Shown: one piece after another, positions 29,101 to 43,324 of the stretch
Position numbering within the stretch: position 1 is the first letter of the stretch
Layout of the letters: the number at the start of each line of letters is the position of its first letter
Source of the DNA: an uncultured virus (IMG/VR IMGVR_UViG_3300033998_000157)
Taxonomy: Duplodnaviria > Heunggongvirae > Uroviricota > Caudoviricetes
Strand: one strand, 5' to 3'
DNA: 64,000 nt
Virus record (IMG/VR): IMGVR_UViG_3300033998_000157
Notes under the pieces: model-generated
Seen by the model: the letters and a program-made list of their open reading frames with translations, nothing else
What the model was told of the DNA's origin: nothing
Databases searched by the model: none
Translations under genes and position numbers: made by a program

Positions 29101-30258
29101 GGAACTGTATATAAACTTGAATTTGCTGACGATGGAACTTAGGTATCTTATGATTAGACTAATAAATATCATTATGTACAAAATAACGAAATTAACGGAA
29201 CAAGAAATATTGTATTAAAAGTAAATATCGACGGAACATGGTATGAATTTGATAATATTAAATTATATGATTTAATAGATCCTGTTGGTAATTTGATAAT
29301 AAATCACAATGTTAATACAACCACTTTAATAAAGAAATGGAACTCTTCTTAGAATGATTATGATTAGTGGGATAAAACAAGAATTGATGGTACAATACAA
29401 TTTTTTTATCAAGGGCAACTTTTAACCAACGATAATTTAACAGTACATTAGGAATACACAGATATGATTGGGAATACAAACACTCTTACTCTAACATATG
29501 ATAGCCAAACTAAATCTTATTCTTATTCAATAACATCAAACGATTAGTGGCAAAACGGTGTGTTGAGCATCTCTGTATCTTAGGATTATTCTATACCAAA
29601 CACTTCTAATACAGTTAGTTAGCAAGATATAATTAATATAACATGTTATGTAGAAAATGCACCGAAACCGATTGTAAGAATTATTTCTAACAACGGAACT
29701 ACTTTCAAAACAGGCTATGATTTATCTAATTTAGGGATAGAAAATACTACATTAACTTGCGAAACAGAGAATATTAAAAATCCTACATATACGTGGAAGA
29801 TTTCCAGTGATGGCGGAACCACTTATTCAACTATTACAAATCAAGCAAATGAATTAGAAATTTCAAATAATATACTGACAGTTTATTGGAATTATGTAAA
29901 AGATTATGACTCTCTTTTGATTAAATGCGAAGTAACAGGAGATAACATATCTACCGAATTTGCAATCATTAATATAATTAATTTAAAAGAATATAAACCG
30001 ACTGAAAATTATTATGTGAAATTAGAATAGGACACTTATACGCTTGATTATGATACAACAGAAGCCATTGTAACTGCAAGAGTTTATCTTAAAGGTCAAG
30101 AAGTTACAGATCTTACAGATTGGACATTTACATTTACTCCTGACGGAGATCAGACAGGACTTTAGAAAAATCAAAGAAAATATACTGTCGATGATGTAAA
30201 TAAATTGCTTACAATAGAGGTAGACGTGACTTGTGATAATCCTCAGTTATTAATCTAA
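26110..30258 (+). CDS. Tail fibre / host-specificity protein with FN3-like and Ig-like domains (~1382 aa)
   Basis: GGAGG RBS and ATG 26110; VRARSKKLNATSNWS...TARDTTPP**P FN3-like junction; SSITQLADEIALRV; GHLAKGNISWD; TAA 30256-30258. Confidence 0.75.
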
Positions 30259-30306
30259 TGGCATGATAAAATATATATGTAAAAATCTTATAGGAGGTGC
30301 ATTCAC

Positions 30307-30486
30307 GTGGATGCAGTAGTAAATACTATTAACGACTTTTTGAAAAGAATTGAATTTGCAAAAAAAGATTTTCTTGCCGAAATGGAAGGATTACTAACAC
30401 AGTTAAATCAAGAAATCCAAAAATTACAACAAGAAAACGAACAGTTGAAGAAAGAATTAGAAGAATTAAAATCAAAAGAAGCTTAA
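30307..30486 (+). CDS. Small coiled-coil protein (59 aa), possible fibre chaperone
   Basis: AGGAGGTG RBS, GTG start, LNQEIQKLQQENEQLKKELEEL, TAA. Confidence 0.7.
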   Translation: MDAVVNTINDFLKRIEFAKKDFLAEMEGLLTQLNQEIQKLQQENEQLKKELEELKSKEA

Positions 30487-30490
30487 TTAA

Positions 30491-30523
30491 TGGCGGGGAA
30501 TAATTACCCGCTATTTGTTAATT
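30491..30523 (+). terminator. Hairpin followed by TTGTTAATT
   Basis: TGGCGGG-N9-CCCGCTA, then TTTGTTAATTT. Confidence 0.6.
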
Positions 30524-30545
30524 TATGTATAGCGGAGGTGTTATA

Positions 30546-31748
30546 ATGGCATTTGTTACAACTAATTACGGACTTGTATATAATGATAGCGGAGATCTAT
30601 GCGTTACTATAAAACAAGATGATGTACCTTTTCCACGCACGAAAAGTATATAGATAGAAGAAAGCACAACAAATTTATTTCCTTTTGATTTTGATGGAAA
30701 TTGGGTAAGAGTTGAAAGTGGAAATGTATATTCGAGATATTTTACAACTGTAGCTGGAATTCAAAACGTGCCAGTGCAATATTATGGCTATCAATCATCA
30801 CGGACAGGAAATTATAAAAATGTTGGACAAATAGGTGACGGTATTTTTGAAAATGGAGCCAAATTAACATTTTCATGTTATGCAAGAGGAGATGGTACTA
30901 CTCCTAAAATGTATGTAATATTTTGGAACACAACTCAAAATAAATTGTTAGCAACGTTATTTAATAAAATTTCAATATCAAACAAATGGGAAAAATATAC
31001 AACTACTATAACTTTAAATACTACCGGACATAATAATGGTGATAATATTAATATATTTTATTATGGTCCTTATACTGCTGGTGGATCTTCTGATAGCACA
31101 ACAGAATACACACTTATGCATCTCGAAAAAAAGACATATCCAACAAGTTTTACTGTCGGAACAAGACAATATAATGGTAGAATGATTATACCTGTAAAAT
31201 TAAAAACGCAAGATGAGTTTGTATTAAATTTTTGGTATAAAACAAATTTTAATGTTAATACAAACAATTCTAGCTCTAACGATATTTATTTACTAAAAAA
31301 TTCATCAGAAAATTATCATTAGGGGTTAACAGAATACAATAGTACAACCGACGAAAATTAGGATAACCCATTTTTTCACATAAAAAAACCTGGGGTATTA
31401 AGAACAAATAGTAGTTATGATTTTTTGCATCATCACGTTCAAATAGGTACGCTTCTTAAAGATAAACAATTTCACATGATTACATCTGTATTTACTACTA
31501 ATAATATAAAAACATATATAGATGGAGTGTTAAAATGGACTACTCCACATCAATCATATAGTGATGGCACCAATACTGTAGATTGGGAATATGAAGAATT
31601 AATATTTGGTTGTACATATAATGGGTTAAAACAAACAATCATATAGGATTTGTTTATCGGAAAATACAAAGACGAAAACGGAAATATAATTTGGACAGAT
31701 GATTTCATAAGAAAAATATACGAAACAAAAAAACCTTTCGTATTGTGA
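30546..31748 (+). CDS. Receptor-binding module (carbohydrate-binding + LamG/ConA-like, 400 aa)
   Basis: I*IEESTTNL, LEKKTYPTSFTVGTR, FHMITSVF...YIDG; joins track ORFs 30768 and 31425; TGA 31746-31748. Confidence 0.75.
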
Positions 31749-31758
31749 GGTGTAATAA

Positions 31759-34700
31759 ATGGGAGTAAAAGATCGACTCACCCTTATTGATTTAACCGAT
31801 ACCATTAATGAGTTGCAGGTATCTCTTAATTATGATAAAGACACAATAATATATGACGCAACTGAAGGAACATATGATGTTTCTTCTATTAGTATTTCAT
31901 AGCAAGTATGGAGAAATGGTGCGGATGTTACAAGCGAAACTAATAATCTTACTTTTAAATGGTATAAAAATGATACTCTTGATTAGAGTTAGACCACATA
32001 GACATATTCGATATAGCCAGCAGATTTTTCTACTAATACTTTGAAAATCAAAATTGAAGTAACAGACGCAAAAACTAATAAAACATAGACTGCATTATAG
32101 ACCTTCAATTTATTGGAAATCATTATAGACCCAGAAATAGAATTAAGTCAGAACAACGTAGTATTTCACGAATTAGATGCCAATTCAATTACTGTAACTG
32201 GTTCTTTGAAATATAAAAATGCTGAGGTTTCTGGATAGACATATAAATGGATTGTAGATGGTGTAGAAACAAATGGAAATTCTATATCAATTAGTAAAGA
32301 TGACGTTGGCAAAGAAATAGTATTTCAAGCCGAACATAATGGCAATACATATACAAAAAAGCTTTCAATCGAACTAATACCTTAGGTAAGACAATATTAT
32401 ATTACATTATCTAAAAACACTGTAGCATATAACCCTAATGATGGAAAATTTGACGGACAAACTTCTGTGACAATAACCGCAACAGCTTTTGAAATAATTG
32501 GAAATCAAGCACCAGTTCAAAAAGCAGTATATTGGCAAATAGGAAATGGAACTAAAGATACAACAGCTTCATAGACAAAAGATATCACAGTAAGCTCAGC
32601 TAATAATATTACTGTAAAAGCTTATTTAAATTCTGATGATACAACACCTTTTGATACTGCAACTATCACTGTATTAAGTTCTTAGAGCGAAAGTTATACA
32701 TTAGTATTAGACAATGAATCATAGGTAGTATAGGCTGACGCATCTGGCAATGTATCTGATTTCACACCCGCAACACACAAAATTACTCTATTCAGAGGTT
32801 CTACAAAAATTACAACTGCTAATAAAATAAAAGTTATTGAAATTTCTGGTGGTACATTTAAAAAAGGAACCACCACATTAACTACTTCATCAACTTTAAC
32901 ATCTGACGATACAATAACGGTTTCTTAGATGTCAAGCGATGTTTAGTACATTAAATATCAGTTTGCAGATGATTAGAATATTGTAAAAACATTTGTTGTA
33001 GCTAAATCTAAGCAGGGTATAAAAGGAGATAAGGGTGATAAAGGAGATAAGGGAGATCCAGGACAAGATTAGGTAGTAAAATATTAGAAATAGTCCTCAA
33101 ATGTATTTAAGTACAATCCTAATAATGGAACATATTCTCCTAATGCAATCACAATAAGCGGTTATTCAAAAACTGGATCTAACAATCCAGTGCCTTTAAC
33201 AATTACAGTAAAAAACGGCACAACAACAATCGGCACTGGAACAGATGTGCAAATTAATATTGGGAGTGGGACGAATAATATAACTGATACAACAACATTT
33301 GATATATATGATGGTTAGACGAAAATAGACGAAATTACTCTAACTAAATTAGAAGAAGGTAAAGATACATATAGCATTATTTTAACTAATGAAAGTGTAA
33401 CATTATAGGCTGATTAGAACGGAAATGTATCCGATTATTCACCAGCAACAACACAAATTAAAATATTCAAAGGCACAATTGATGATACATCTAATTGGAC
33501 ATTATCAAGATAGAATGGAACTGGAGTAACTTCAAATTTAAACGGTAATACATTAAGCGTCACATAGCTAACCGTTGATTCATCCTACGTAGATATCACA
33601 GCGACAAAAGATTCCACAACACTTACAAAGAGATTTACAATTTCTAAATCGAAACAGGGTATTAAAGGTGACAAAGGAGACAAAGGTGATAAGGGAGACA
33701 AAGGTGATTAGGCAATAGTATATTTCATCACAGCAGATAAACAACAAGTTGTATATAACCCTAATGATGGCAAATTCGATGGACAAACTTCTGTAAATGT
33801 TACTGTTACAGCTTTTCAAGTAGTTGGTAATAATGCACCAACAACAAAATAGGTATATTGGCAAATCGATAATGGTTAGAAATCAGGTTCAGCAACAACA
33901 TCCACTACTGTAACAGTAAATCAAAACAAAAATTATGTAGTTAAGGCATATTTAAATTCAGGAGACACTACACCTATAGATACAATTACAATTTCTGTAT
34001 TATCAACTTAGAGCGAAACATATCAAATTTTGCTTGATAATGAAACAGCTTCTTTGTCATAGTCAGACACAGGTACTGTTTCAAACTTCTCTCCAGCAAC
34101 TCACACAATCAAGCTCTATCGTGGATAGACAGAAATTACTGATGCAAACACAATTGAAGTAACTAATATATCAAACGGAACATTCAAAGTAGGTACTACA
34201 ACATTAAGTGTCGGTTCTAAATTAAAATCTGGCGATACAATTACAATGTCTTAGATCTCTTAGGACAATTAGAGCATTACATATAAGTATGTAAATGATT
34301 AGAATGTTAAAAAGACATTTAATGTTTCAAGAGTAAAACAAGGTTAGCAAGGATAGCCAGGTATAAGTTAGTATAACGCATAGATTTTTGAATGGTCTGG
34401 TACTCTAAGTTTTCCTGTAAATGTTTAGGATTGGAATTAGTAGTAGAGTGCATAGACAAAATGGACTTTTGATTAGGTAAATCCTATCACACCTGTTATT
34501 GAAATATGGATTAAAGCATAGGATCCAGAAGGTGGAGTTAAAGTAGGTTTGAACGGAGTCGAATTAGGAACAATGAATATTGCAAGTTATGGATTGCCAG
34601 ACAACTCAATTGCTTGGTTTAAATTTTATGCAGATCAAACTGTTTTTAAAACTGACCAACAAAACGAATTAAGAGTATGGTCAACCACAGCTGATGGTGG

Positions 34701-37065
34701 TTCTGTTTTAGAAGTGAAAATTTATCCAACAGGAGTTAAAGGAGAACAAGGTAATCAAGGTGAATAGGCTTACACATATTTCATAGTAGCTGATAAAAAT
34801 GCAATAACATATGATCCAAATAATAATACTTTTTCTTAGACTTCTGTAACATTTACTGGTAAAAAACAAAGAGGAAGCGAAGCTTATGTTACATCTAATT
34901 CTTATTATTGGAAAGCATTCAAATAGAGCAATTTAACAACTCCTATATAGGAAAAAGTAGATTAGAAAGCAACAACATTTACAGTAAGCGGAATAAATAA
35001 TATTAAAGAAGACATTATTGTTAAAGCAAGCACACATAATGGTTCTAATTTTGATACATATATAGTAGATACAGTAACCATACCTTTTATAGTCAATGCA
35101 GAAAATTCATTTACAATTGTAGCTGATAATGATAATGTAAGTTTCTCTTAGCTCAATGACGGAACTGTAAATGATTACAGCCAAGGTGGCGGAACAATTT
35201 ATCTATATCAAGGTTCTCAACCTATTAGTGGAAAAACAATTACAGTAACAACTGAAAATATCTCTTGTTCATTAGGTTCTTCTTTTACATCAAGTGCAAG
35301 TGGAACAACATATACCGTAGATAACATGACATAGGATAATGCAAAAATTACTTTAGAATATAAAGAAGGCTCGACAGTAAAATAGAAAAAGGTTTTAACT
35401 TTTACAAAAGTAAAAAGAGGTCAATCGCTTTTCATAGTATATCATGACAACGATGTATTTAATACTCCACCAAAACCGACTGGCGATGGTACAAATGATG
35501 GTTGGCATTAGAACGCAACTCCTACATCAAATTGGATGAGTACAAAAGTGGCTGATGATATAACATTAGGTACATGGAGTGATCCTATACGAATAAAACC
35601 GATTGAATTTTCACAAGAAAAGAAAGTCGAATAGCCAACAATAGTAAAACTCATATAGAAAAATGGTAATACTCTTACTCTTGATAATACACAAACAACA
35701 ATAAGATAGACTGTTTGGAGAGAAGAACAAGAAATTAATTAGAATGACACAAATGGCGGAAGCAATAATATATGTAATTATAAATGGTATTTTGATGGAG
35801 TTGAAAAAACAGAATATGAGGATAATCCTGAAATAACAATTACAAGAGATGATATTACAAAACAAGTAAAAATAGAGTGTGAATAGAAAGAAAAAACTAA
35901 GGTTTATTATTAGAAAGGTAAATTTATATATTAGGATAAAACAGAAGATTATGGATTAGTTACAAGAAATGATGGAACATTGATTGCTACTATAAGAGAA
36001 GACGATGTGCCTATTGATGAAATGGAAAGTATATAGGTAGAGGAATAGACAACCAATTTAATTTCCAATTTTGATATTACTACTTGGTTTAAAAGTAGTT
36101 ACAGTAAAACATAGGTCAAAATACAAAATGATGGAATTTTCAATCAAAATTAGTATAAACTTGAATCAAATGGAACTGGATGGGATCCATTTTGGAGTAT
36201 TTCAATAGAAACAGGTTAGCCTCTATAGAACAGAACATTTACATTTTCTTAGTATGTAAGAAGCGATAAACCTGAAACTTAGAAATTTTAGATGTATTTA
36301 TATAACGCAAGTACAACTGATGTTAAAGCCAAAACTTATAGTATTTCAAAAGAGTGGCGTAAATACGAACTTACATACACGTTTAAAAGCACTACAACAG
36401 ATACAAGTTTTAACTAGCGTTTTGATATAGGCGAAGGCACAGCAAATACAGACGTGTTTCCTGTTGGCGAGCATGTTTACGTATGCTGTTATCAAGTAGA
36501 AGAAAAAAGTTTTTAGACTTCATTTATAAAAGGAACGAGACAATCAGGAATCATTCAATTAAATAACGCAATTAACTCAGAAGATTTAGTAATAAGTTTA
36601 TATGCTAAATATCAAATGCCATTAGATTATGATATAAGTGTTGAAAAATTATTATTTTTTATAAATTCTAATTTGTCTGGTAGCTGGAATGCCGGAGCTT
36701 TCCGTTTTTACGCAGATAATACAAACCCGCGAATAGTTAACCTAGATTATTGGGATTCTACAAATACATATAAAAATGCAGTTGGAATTAATGGAAATCC
36801 TTTGTATCAATTAGATAACAACTGGCATCATTATGTTGTAATTTTTGATAAATCAAACAAAGGCGAAATAAGATATTATGTAGATGGTACATTATATGGA
36901 AAAACCGCTGGATACGACGTATTAGGTGTAGGATTACCTATGTTTTTTCTTGGGAACGGCAATTGGCTTACATCAAATCTTTATATAGATACATACGACA
37001 CAAACAAATGGACAGATGACTTCATCAAATACATCTACGAAAACAAAATTAAATTAGAATATTGA
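31759..37065 (+). CDS. Long tail fibre with Ig-like repeats, collagen-like linkers and a C-terminal LamG-like domain (~1768 aa)
   Basis: GDK/GXY runs (~33015-33065, ~33655-33710); internally duplicated blocks; WHHYVVIFD...YVDG; joins track ORFs 34549 and 36616. Confidence 0.8.
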
Positions 37066-37070
37066 AATCT

Positions 37071-37101
37071 GCTGGGTAAACAACCCAGCTCTTTGTTAAT
37101 T
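37071..37101 (+). terminator. Hairpin followed by TTGTTAATT
   Basis: GCTGGGT-AAACA-ACCCAGC, then TCTTTGTTAATT. Confidence 0.7.
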
Positions 37102-37134
37102 TATATATAGAAAAAACAAGCGAGGTGAAATAAA

Positions 37135-40100
37135 TTGAGCCGAGATAGCATTGTCATTTATGATATATCTGATTCAATGTCTGATTTGACTGTTGCTTTG
37201 AATTTCAATCCAGATGATTCGTTTAAATATGATTAGGTTTTAAACGCAACAACCCCAAATCAAATAACTATAACATAGGTTGTGTATTGGAACGGTTCTT
37301 CTGTAACTCCTGATGGAAGCGGAAACCAACAAGGAGATTATGGATATAATTGGTATATTGATGATAATTTACAAACAGACCATTCAAATTCTTTAACTAT
37401 AAGTTCTTAGGGAAAAATAAGAGTTGAAGTATATCATAAAGGAAAAACTGCTTAGGTAACTTACGTAGTAGATCAAAAAGATATTTCAACATAGCCAACA
37501 ATAAAACTTAGTGTCCCTGCAATAGTATTTAAAGAAGGGGATACTTCTACTACTCATAATGTAACTTAGCAAGTGTTGTATAAAAACCAAGATATAACAA
37601 ATTCTGCATAGGTTACTGACAAAAAATGGTTCAAAGGAACTACACAAGTCGCGACTGGAAACTCAATAACAATTAATCACACGTATATTAATTCAGATGT
37701 TAAATTCCAATGTAAAGTAAATGGTGTAGTGTATGAAGAAATTTTAAAAGTTACAGAAGCACCAAAAGGAGATCAAGGACCACAAGGACCTGCTGGACCT
37801 CAAGGACCACAAGGACCCAAAGGTGATAAAGGAGATAAAGGGGATAAAGGAGATACAGTATATTTCTTTGCAACAAAAAATTTAATTGAAATTCCAGTTA
37901 ATCAAGACGATAGTAAAGATTATAGCAATGCATATGTTGATGTAAAATACTTAGTTAATGGTACTTAGCAAAATATTAGCATATCAGTGTCAGCAACATC
38001 TGGTATAACAACATCTATTTCTAATAATGGAACATCTTCTCCACGAGTAAACATAACATCATAGAACAATAATGGTGAAATTACTATTTCATATAGTACT
38101 TATAATATAAAAATACCAGTTGCTTTAAACAAAGCAAGAAATATTGCACGAGTAGTGCAAATTGAACCTATTAATGGAACTATTATTAGATCTTATAATG
38201 ATACTCTTTCTTTTAAATCGAAACTTGTAGATCTAAATGGTTCTGTATCTTATATTTCTTAGAATTGGAAATTGTTAGATACAGACGGAAATGTACTTAA
38301 AAATTTCGGCACTGCTTAGCAAGTAACTGTAACCCCAACAGATTATACATATCATTAGGTATTAGAATAGAGTTACAATAACACAAAATCATTTATTGAT
38401 GTTTTTGATGCATATGATAATTATATTGTACAAATTACTCCTTTAAGTGGCAGTGTAGTTCAATTTAGAAAAGATGGAACTGTATTCCCGACTGATGGAA
38501 GATTAACTTTCTCTTAGAAGATATATAATGCTTCAACAACTCAATTACAAAACGCATAGAATTTTAATTATAACTGGACAGTAGAACCAGAACCAGATGG
38601 AATAAATTCTATATTATATGCTGGAACATCGCCAGATCCAGCAGAAGAAAGTTGGTTGTATATCAACGATCCAGCTTAGGATACAATTGAACTTCAAGTA
38701 TCATATGGATATAACGATACAATTACTCTCAAGTGTGAGGTTACAGATCCTGCTAATGGCAATAAATATTATTAGTCTTATCCAGTGCAAGTAGTTAGAG
38801 ACGGTGAAAGTTAGAGTTATGTAATTATAGAAAGCAATAATGGTTTTGCTTTTAAAAACGGAAAAGAACCTGCTTCTATTACATTTACTTAGAAATATTT
38901 TAGAGATAGTACAGAATTAGCATTTGAAAATCCTGCAGAAGTAGAATGGTATGTGAATAATTCGCTTAAAAGCACTGGACCTCAAGTTACTCTAACACCA
39001 TAGGATTTTCCAAATAAAGTAAATTCTCTTAAACTCAAATATAGAGAACTTAGCTATACACAAACTGTAATTGATTTAAATGAAAATATAAAAGTTGAAA
39101 TAGAAAGTTCTAATGGTAATACATTTAAGAATGGAAATATTTCTACAACACTAACTTAGAAAACTTTTGAAGGATAGGTAGAATTAACCAGCGGATTAAC
39201 ATATCAATGGTATAAAATTCAAGACGGTAGTAGAACTTAGCTATCAGGAAACACAGCACAAACATTAGCTATCAACGATTCAGATGTAAACAAACAAACA
39301 ACTTTTGAATGCGAAGTAACTTACAAAGGATAGAAATATAAAGGTTCTATAACAATTCTTGATATTACTGACGCATATTATATAAGTGTAGATGTGTCTA
39401 ACGCAGAAACAAATTATGATGGAACTATTTTTGCACCTTAGTCCGTAACTATCACTCCTTCACTCTTACAAGATAATAATGTAATAAGTACTACATTCAC
39501 AATATATAATTAGAATGGAAGCTCGTTAGGTACAGTATAGTCAGGTTCTTAGAAAACCATAAATTATACAAGTATATTCTCTGCTTCAGAAAGAAAAACA
39601 ATTAAGAATCAGAAATCTTTAATTGTTAAAACAACATATAATGGAAAAGTATATTCTCAAAATGTAGTTGTATCAATGAGTAATTCAAACTATACATGGC
39701 TTGAAAATTGGAAAAATAAAACAGAAATTACAGATGACTCTATAGCTACAGGTAAATTCTTTGCAGGTCAAAAAAGTGGTGAAAAATTAACTGGTATATA
39801 TATTGGAGATACTACAACAACAACTGGTAAAACATATGACCCTGGTATTACTTAGGTAAAAGATAATAATGAAAGATTTTCTTTAAAAGTTGGCGGAGAT
39901 AGTCATGTATATCTAAACATAGGTGACAATACAAATAATTATTTAAAATATGACACAAAAGATGGCGTACTTGAAATCAAAGGAAAAATAGAAGTAAAAG
40001 AAGGTTCTAATGTACCTACCATAAGCGAATCAGGAGTAGCCTTACCAGAAGGTGCAATTGCTTACTTTGCAAATACAATAATAGATATTCTCAATGAAAC

Positions 40101-43100
40101 AGTGCCAGAAGGTGTTGATGATAAGGCAAAATTGTCAGCTTAGGGATATGGTTTAACAGTATAGGAAAGGAATATTTAGGCTTTATACGGTCATTCAAAT
40201 GATTTTACAACAATTGATGGCGGAAAAATTTACACAGGATCCATTACATAGGATTAGTTGGATTAGACTTCTATATTTACTAAAACATTTACCCTTAAAG
40301 ATGGTGGTTAGCTTGTAACAGATGGAAAAACTGGATATAAAAGCGGTGTAGGAACCTTTTTAGATAAATCAAGCTTCGAAGTCTATAAAGATACAAATAC
40401 ATATTTTAGATTTGACACAACAAATGGAATAGATCTAAAAGCTTAGGGAGTAACATTTAATTCAAACGGATTATCTATGACAACAGGTTCTATAAATCTT
40501 GGAAACAACAAAATCAACCTTAATAATGATGGTTCTGGACAATTAGCTGGTGGGAATATTACATGGGATACAAGTGGAAATGTAACAATAATAGGTACTT
40601 TAAAAATCGATTAGAATACAACAGTAACAGCTTATGCAGATAATAAATAGTCAACAGCACAAACAAATTAGGAAACAAATATCAAAAATTTATATGGTCA
40701 TTCAACAGATAAAACTAAAATTGATGGCGGAAAAATATACACTGGCAGTATAACTTAGGATAAAATACAAACAGGAACAATCACAGTTAAGCAAATATCA
40801 AACTCTTATGTTACAAATCTATTAGACTATTCAATTTGGAAAGATTATTTAAATAATGTAAATGGAACAATTGGAGATTTTTATTTAAATGGAACAGCCG
40901 ACGAAAATAACATAACTTACGGAATAACACCGTATGGATATAAAGATTATATTTGGGAATGTATTCCTGATTCTGAAAGTGGGCCTGATGGAGGATGGAA
41001 TACTTCAAATTTACCATAGGATCCAAGAAAAAAATATAGAATTTCATATTTTGTAAAAAGAAATAAAATGGGCAACGGAAAAACTTATATAGGAACAAAT
41101 AATGATGGCACTATAGCAAGTTTATCAGGTAGCGTAAACACAAATCCATATTTCATGTATTCTTCTAATTTTGGTAGACCCGACGAATGGTATCTTGTAG
41201 TTGGTTATGTATTTCCATATGATTAGGACACTTCCGTTATAAATGAAGGTGCAATTTATGAAGTATCAACAGGTAGAAAAATAGCTTCGACAGGTGCTTT
41301 TAAATTTAAAGACGCAACTGTTGGTCATATAAAACAAAGATAGTATTTATTTTATTGTACAGATACAAGTGTAAGGCAATATTTCTATATGCCAAGAATA
41401 GATGAATGTAATGGTAATGAACCTTCAATAGATGAATTGTTATATGGTGATTTTTCTAAACCAAACAGATGGTATGCAAGAAGAATGCCAAGAGCATATA
41501 ACTCTTCTGAAATATAGAATATGGAAAAATATTGGAAAGAAGAAGAATAGATAGATTAGACATATGTACATGATTCTATAATAAATAAGCAATCTTCTGG
41601 AAATGATATATTCGGAGATGTGCATGGATATATAGGAAGATTTACAACTTATGTTTATGTAAAGCGAGATACAACTTTATCAAATTTAACATTCTATCAT
41701 GATGATCCTGGTAAAATTTTTATAAACGGAAAAGAAGTTATATATGGAAATTCATGTTGTTCTAACACAAACGTTTCTTTAACCTTCAAAAAAGGTTGGA
41801 ACAAAGTTGATATATACTATTGGGAAAATACTGGAGATCATGGGGCTGGTATTGTAGATTCTAATGGTAAAACACTTTCTCAATTAGTTGATAAAATGCA
41901 ATAGGCTCCAATGTCAGAAACTGTTATTGATGGTAATTCTATTGTAACTGGAAGTGTAAGATAGGAACATATTGATGTAAATAATTTATTTGCACAACAA
42001 ATAGAATTAAATGGTAACATTCACAGTAATGGTCATTCTAATTTTAGTGATACTGGTGCTGGTTTTTGGCTTGGAAAAGATTCAACTCAATACAAATTTG
42101 TAGTTGGAAATAGAAACGAGTAGAAATATCTTGAATTTGACGGCAACAAAACATATTAGGCAGGAGATATATTTGGGCAATTTATTGGTGATGCTTATTT
42201 ATATAATACTGAATTTAAAAAAGATCCGTAGTTCGGTTCTGAGCCAGGAGAAATCATATACGATTAGAATTTACAACAAATGTACAGATATCCAGATACT
42301 GGTTTAGAATTGTTAAAAACATTTGGTTCAAACCAACAATATATATTATAGTTACAAAACATATAGATACAACCATAGAACCAATATTAGCCTCAAACAG
42401 GTTCCAATGGCGTTTCATCATACACAACAGTAACAACAAACAATACATATACTACAATAACATCAGGTTCAGATTAGCCTTTTTATAGAGTTGCAGTTAG
42501 AGTTTATAAAACATTCCCAGCAAACTATTTTAAGGGTGAAGCAAGTGGTCAAAAAGTATATCAAACATTAATATTTGATTTTTCTGATAATGTTTTATAT
42601 GGTGCTTATACATCATCAACAAATAAAGTTGCAGTAAAATATAATTCTACAGACAGAAGCGTAACTGTGCAATTACAAAATTCTTCTGGTACTGCTATAA
42701 AAACTGTAACCAAAAAATAGAGAGCTGATATAGAAAAAATTGATTTTAGAACATTCGCATAGGTCAAAAAAACTTCTAACACAGTAGATAATGGTATGTC
42801 CTATACATTTACAACAAGAGATATGGGACATTAGTTAGTTCAAATTCAAGCTGATCCAGATGCAGCACAAGAATCTCTTTCAAAATTCAATAAAACATCA
42901 GTAACAAATAATGTATATGGTATCGTTAAGTAGAGAACATTTGATGGGGTTGCTACATAGGCTTATTTTGCTGATTTATAGGAAAAATTATGGTAGGACG
43001 ATAACTATAAATCAGGTACTCCTGTACAACTTAAAAAAGGTAAATTCACTAAAGCATACAACCCATGGAAAAAAACATGGATAGTATCAACAAATCCAGG

Positions 43101-43314
43101 AGTATTATTAGGAAAAGGTAGAAAAAATACTATCCCAATAGCATTACAAGGGACAGTAGAAATAGAAGGAGATTTTGAAATTGGAGACGAAATTTGCTTG
43201 AATTTAAAAGGAGAACTCAAAAGAGTAAGTTATCTTGATAAATTGTTGTTAAAATATATAATAGGAAGAGTGGTATATAAAGATGAAGAAAAAACATTGT
43301 TGCTAATATATTGA
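37135..43314 (+). CDS. Long tail fibre with collagen repeat, Ig-like repeats, PA14-like domain and putative C-terminal chaperone domain (~2059 aa)
   Basis: GAGGTG RBS and TTG start; GPQ/GDK run (~37765-37855); repeated [24 protein letters not shown]...[26 protein letters not shown] 43312-43314. Confidence 0.8.
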
Positions 43315-43324
43315 GGTGATATAG

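Noticed and set aside
33015..37855. Short tandem DNA repeats as a CRISPR or satellite array
   Set aside because: They are 9-nt-period collagen-like GXY codons inside fibre genes, with no repeat-spacer structure.
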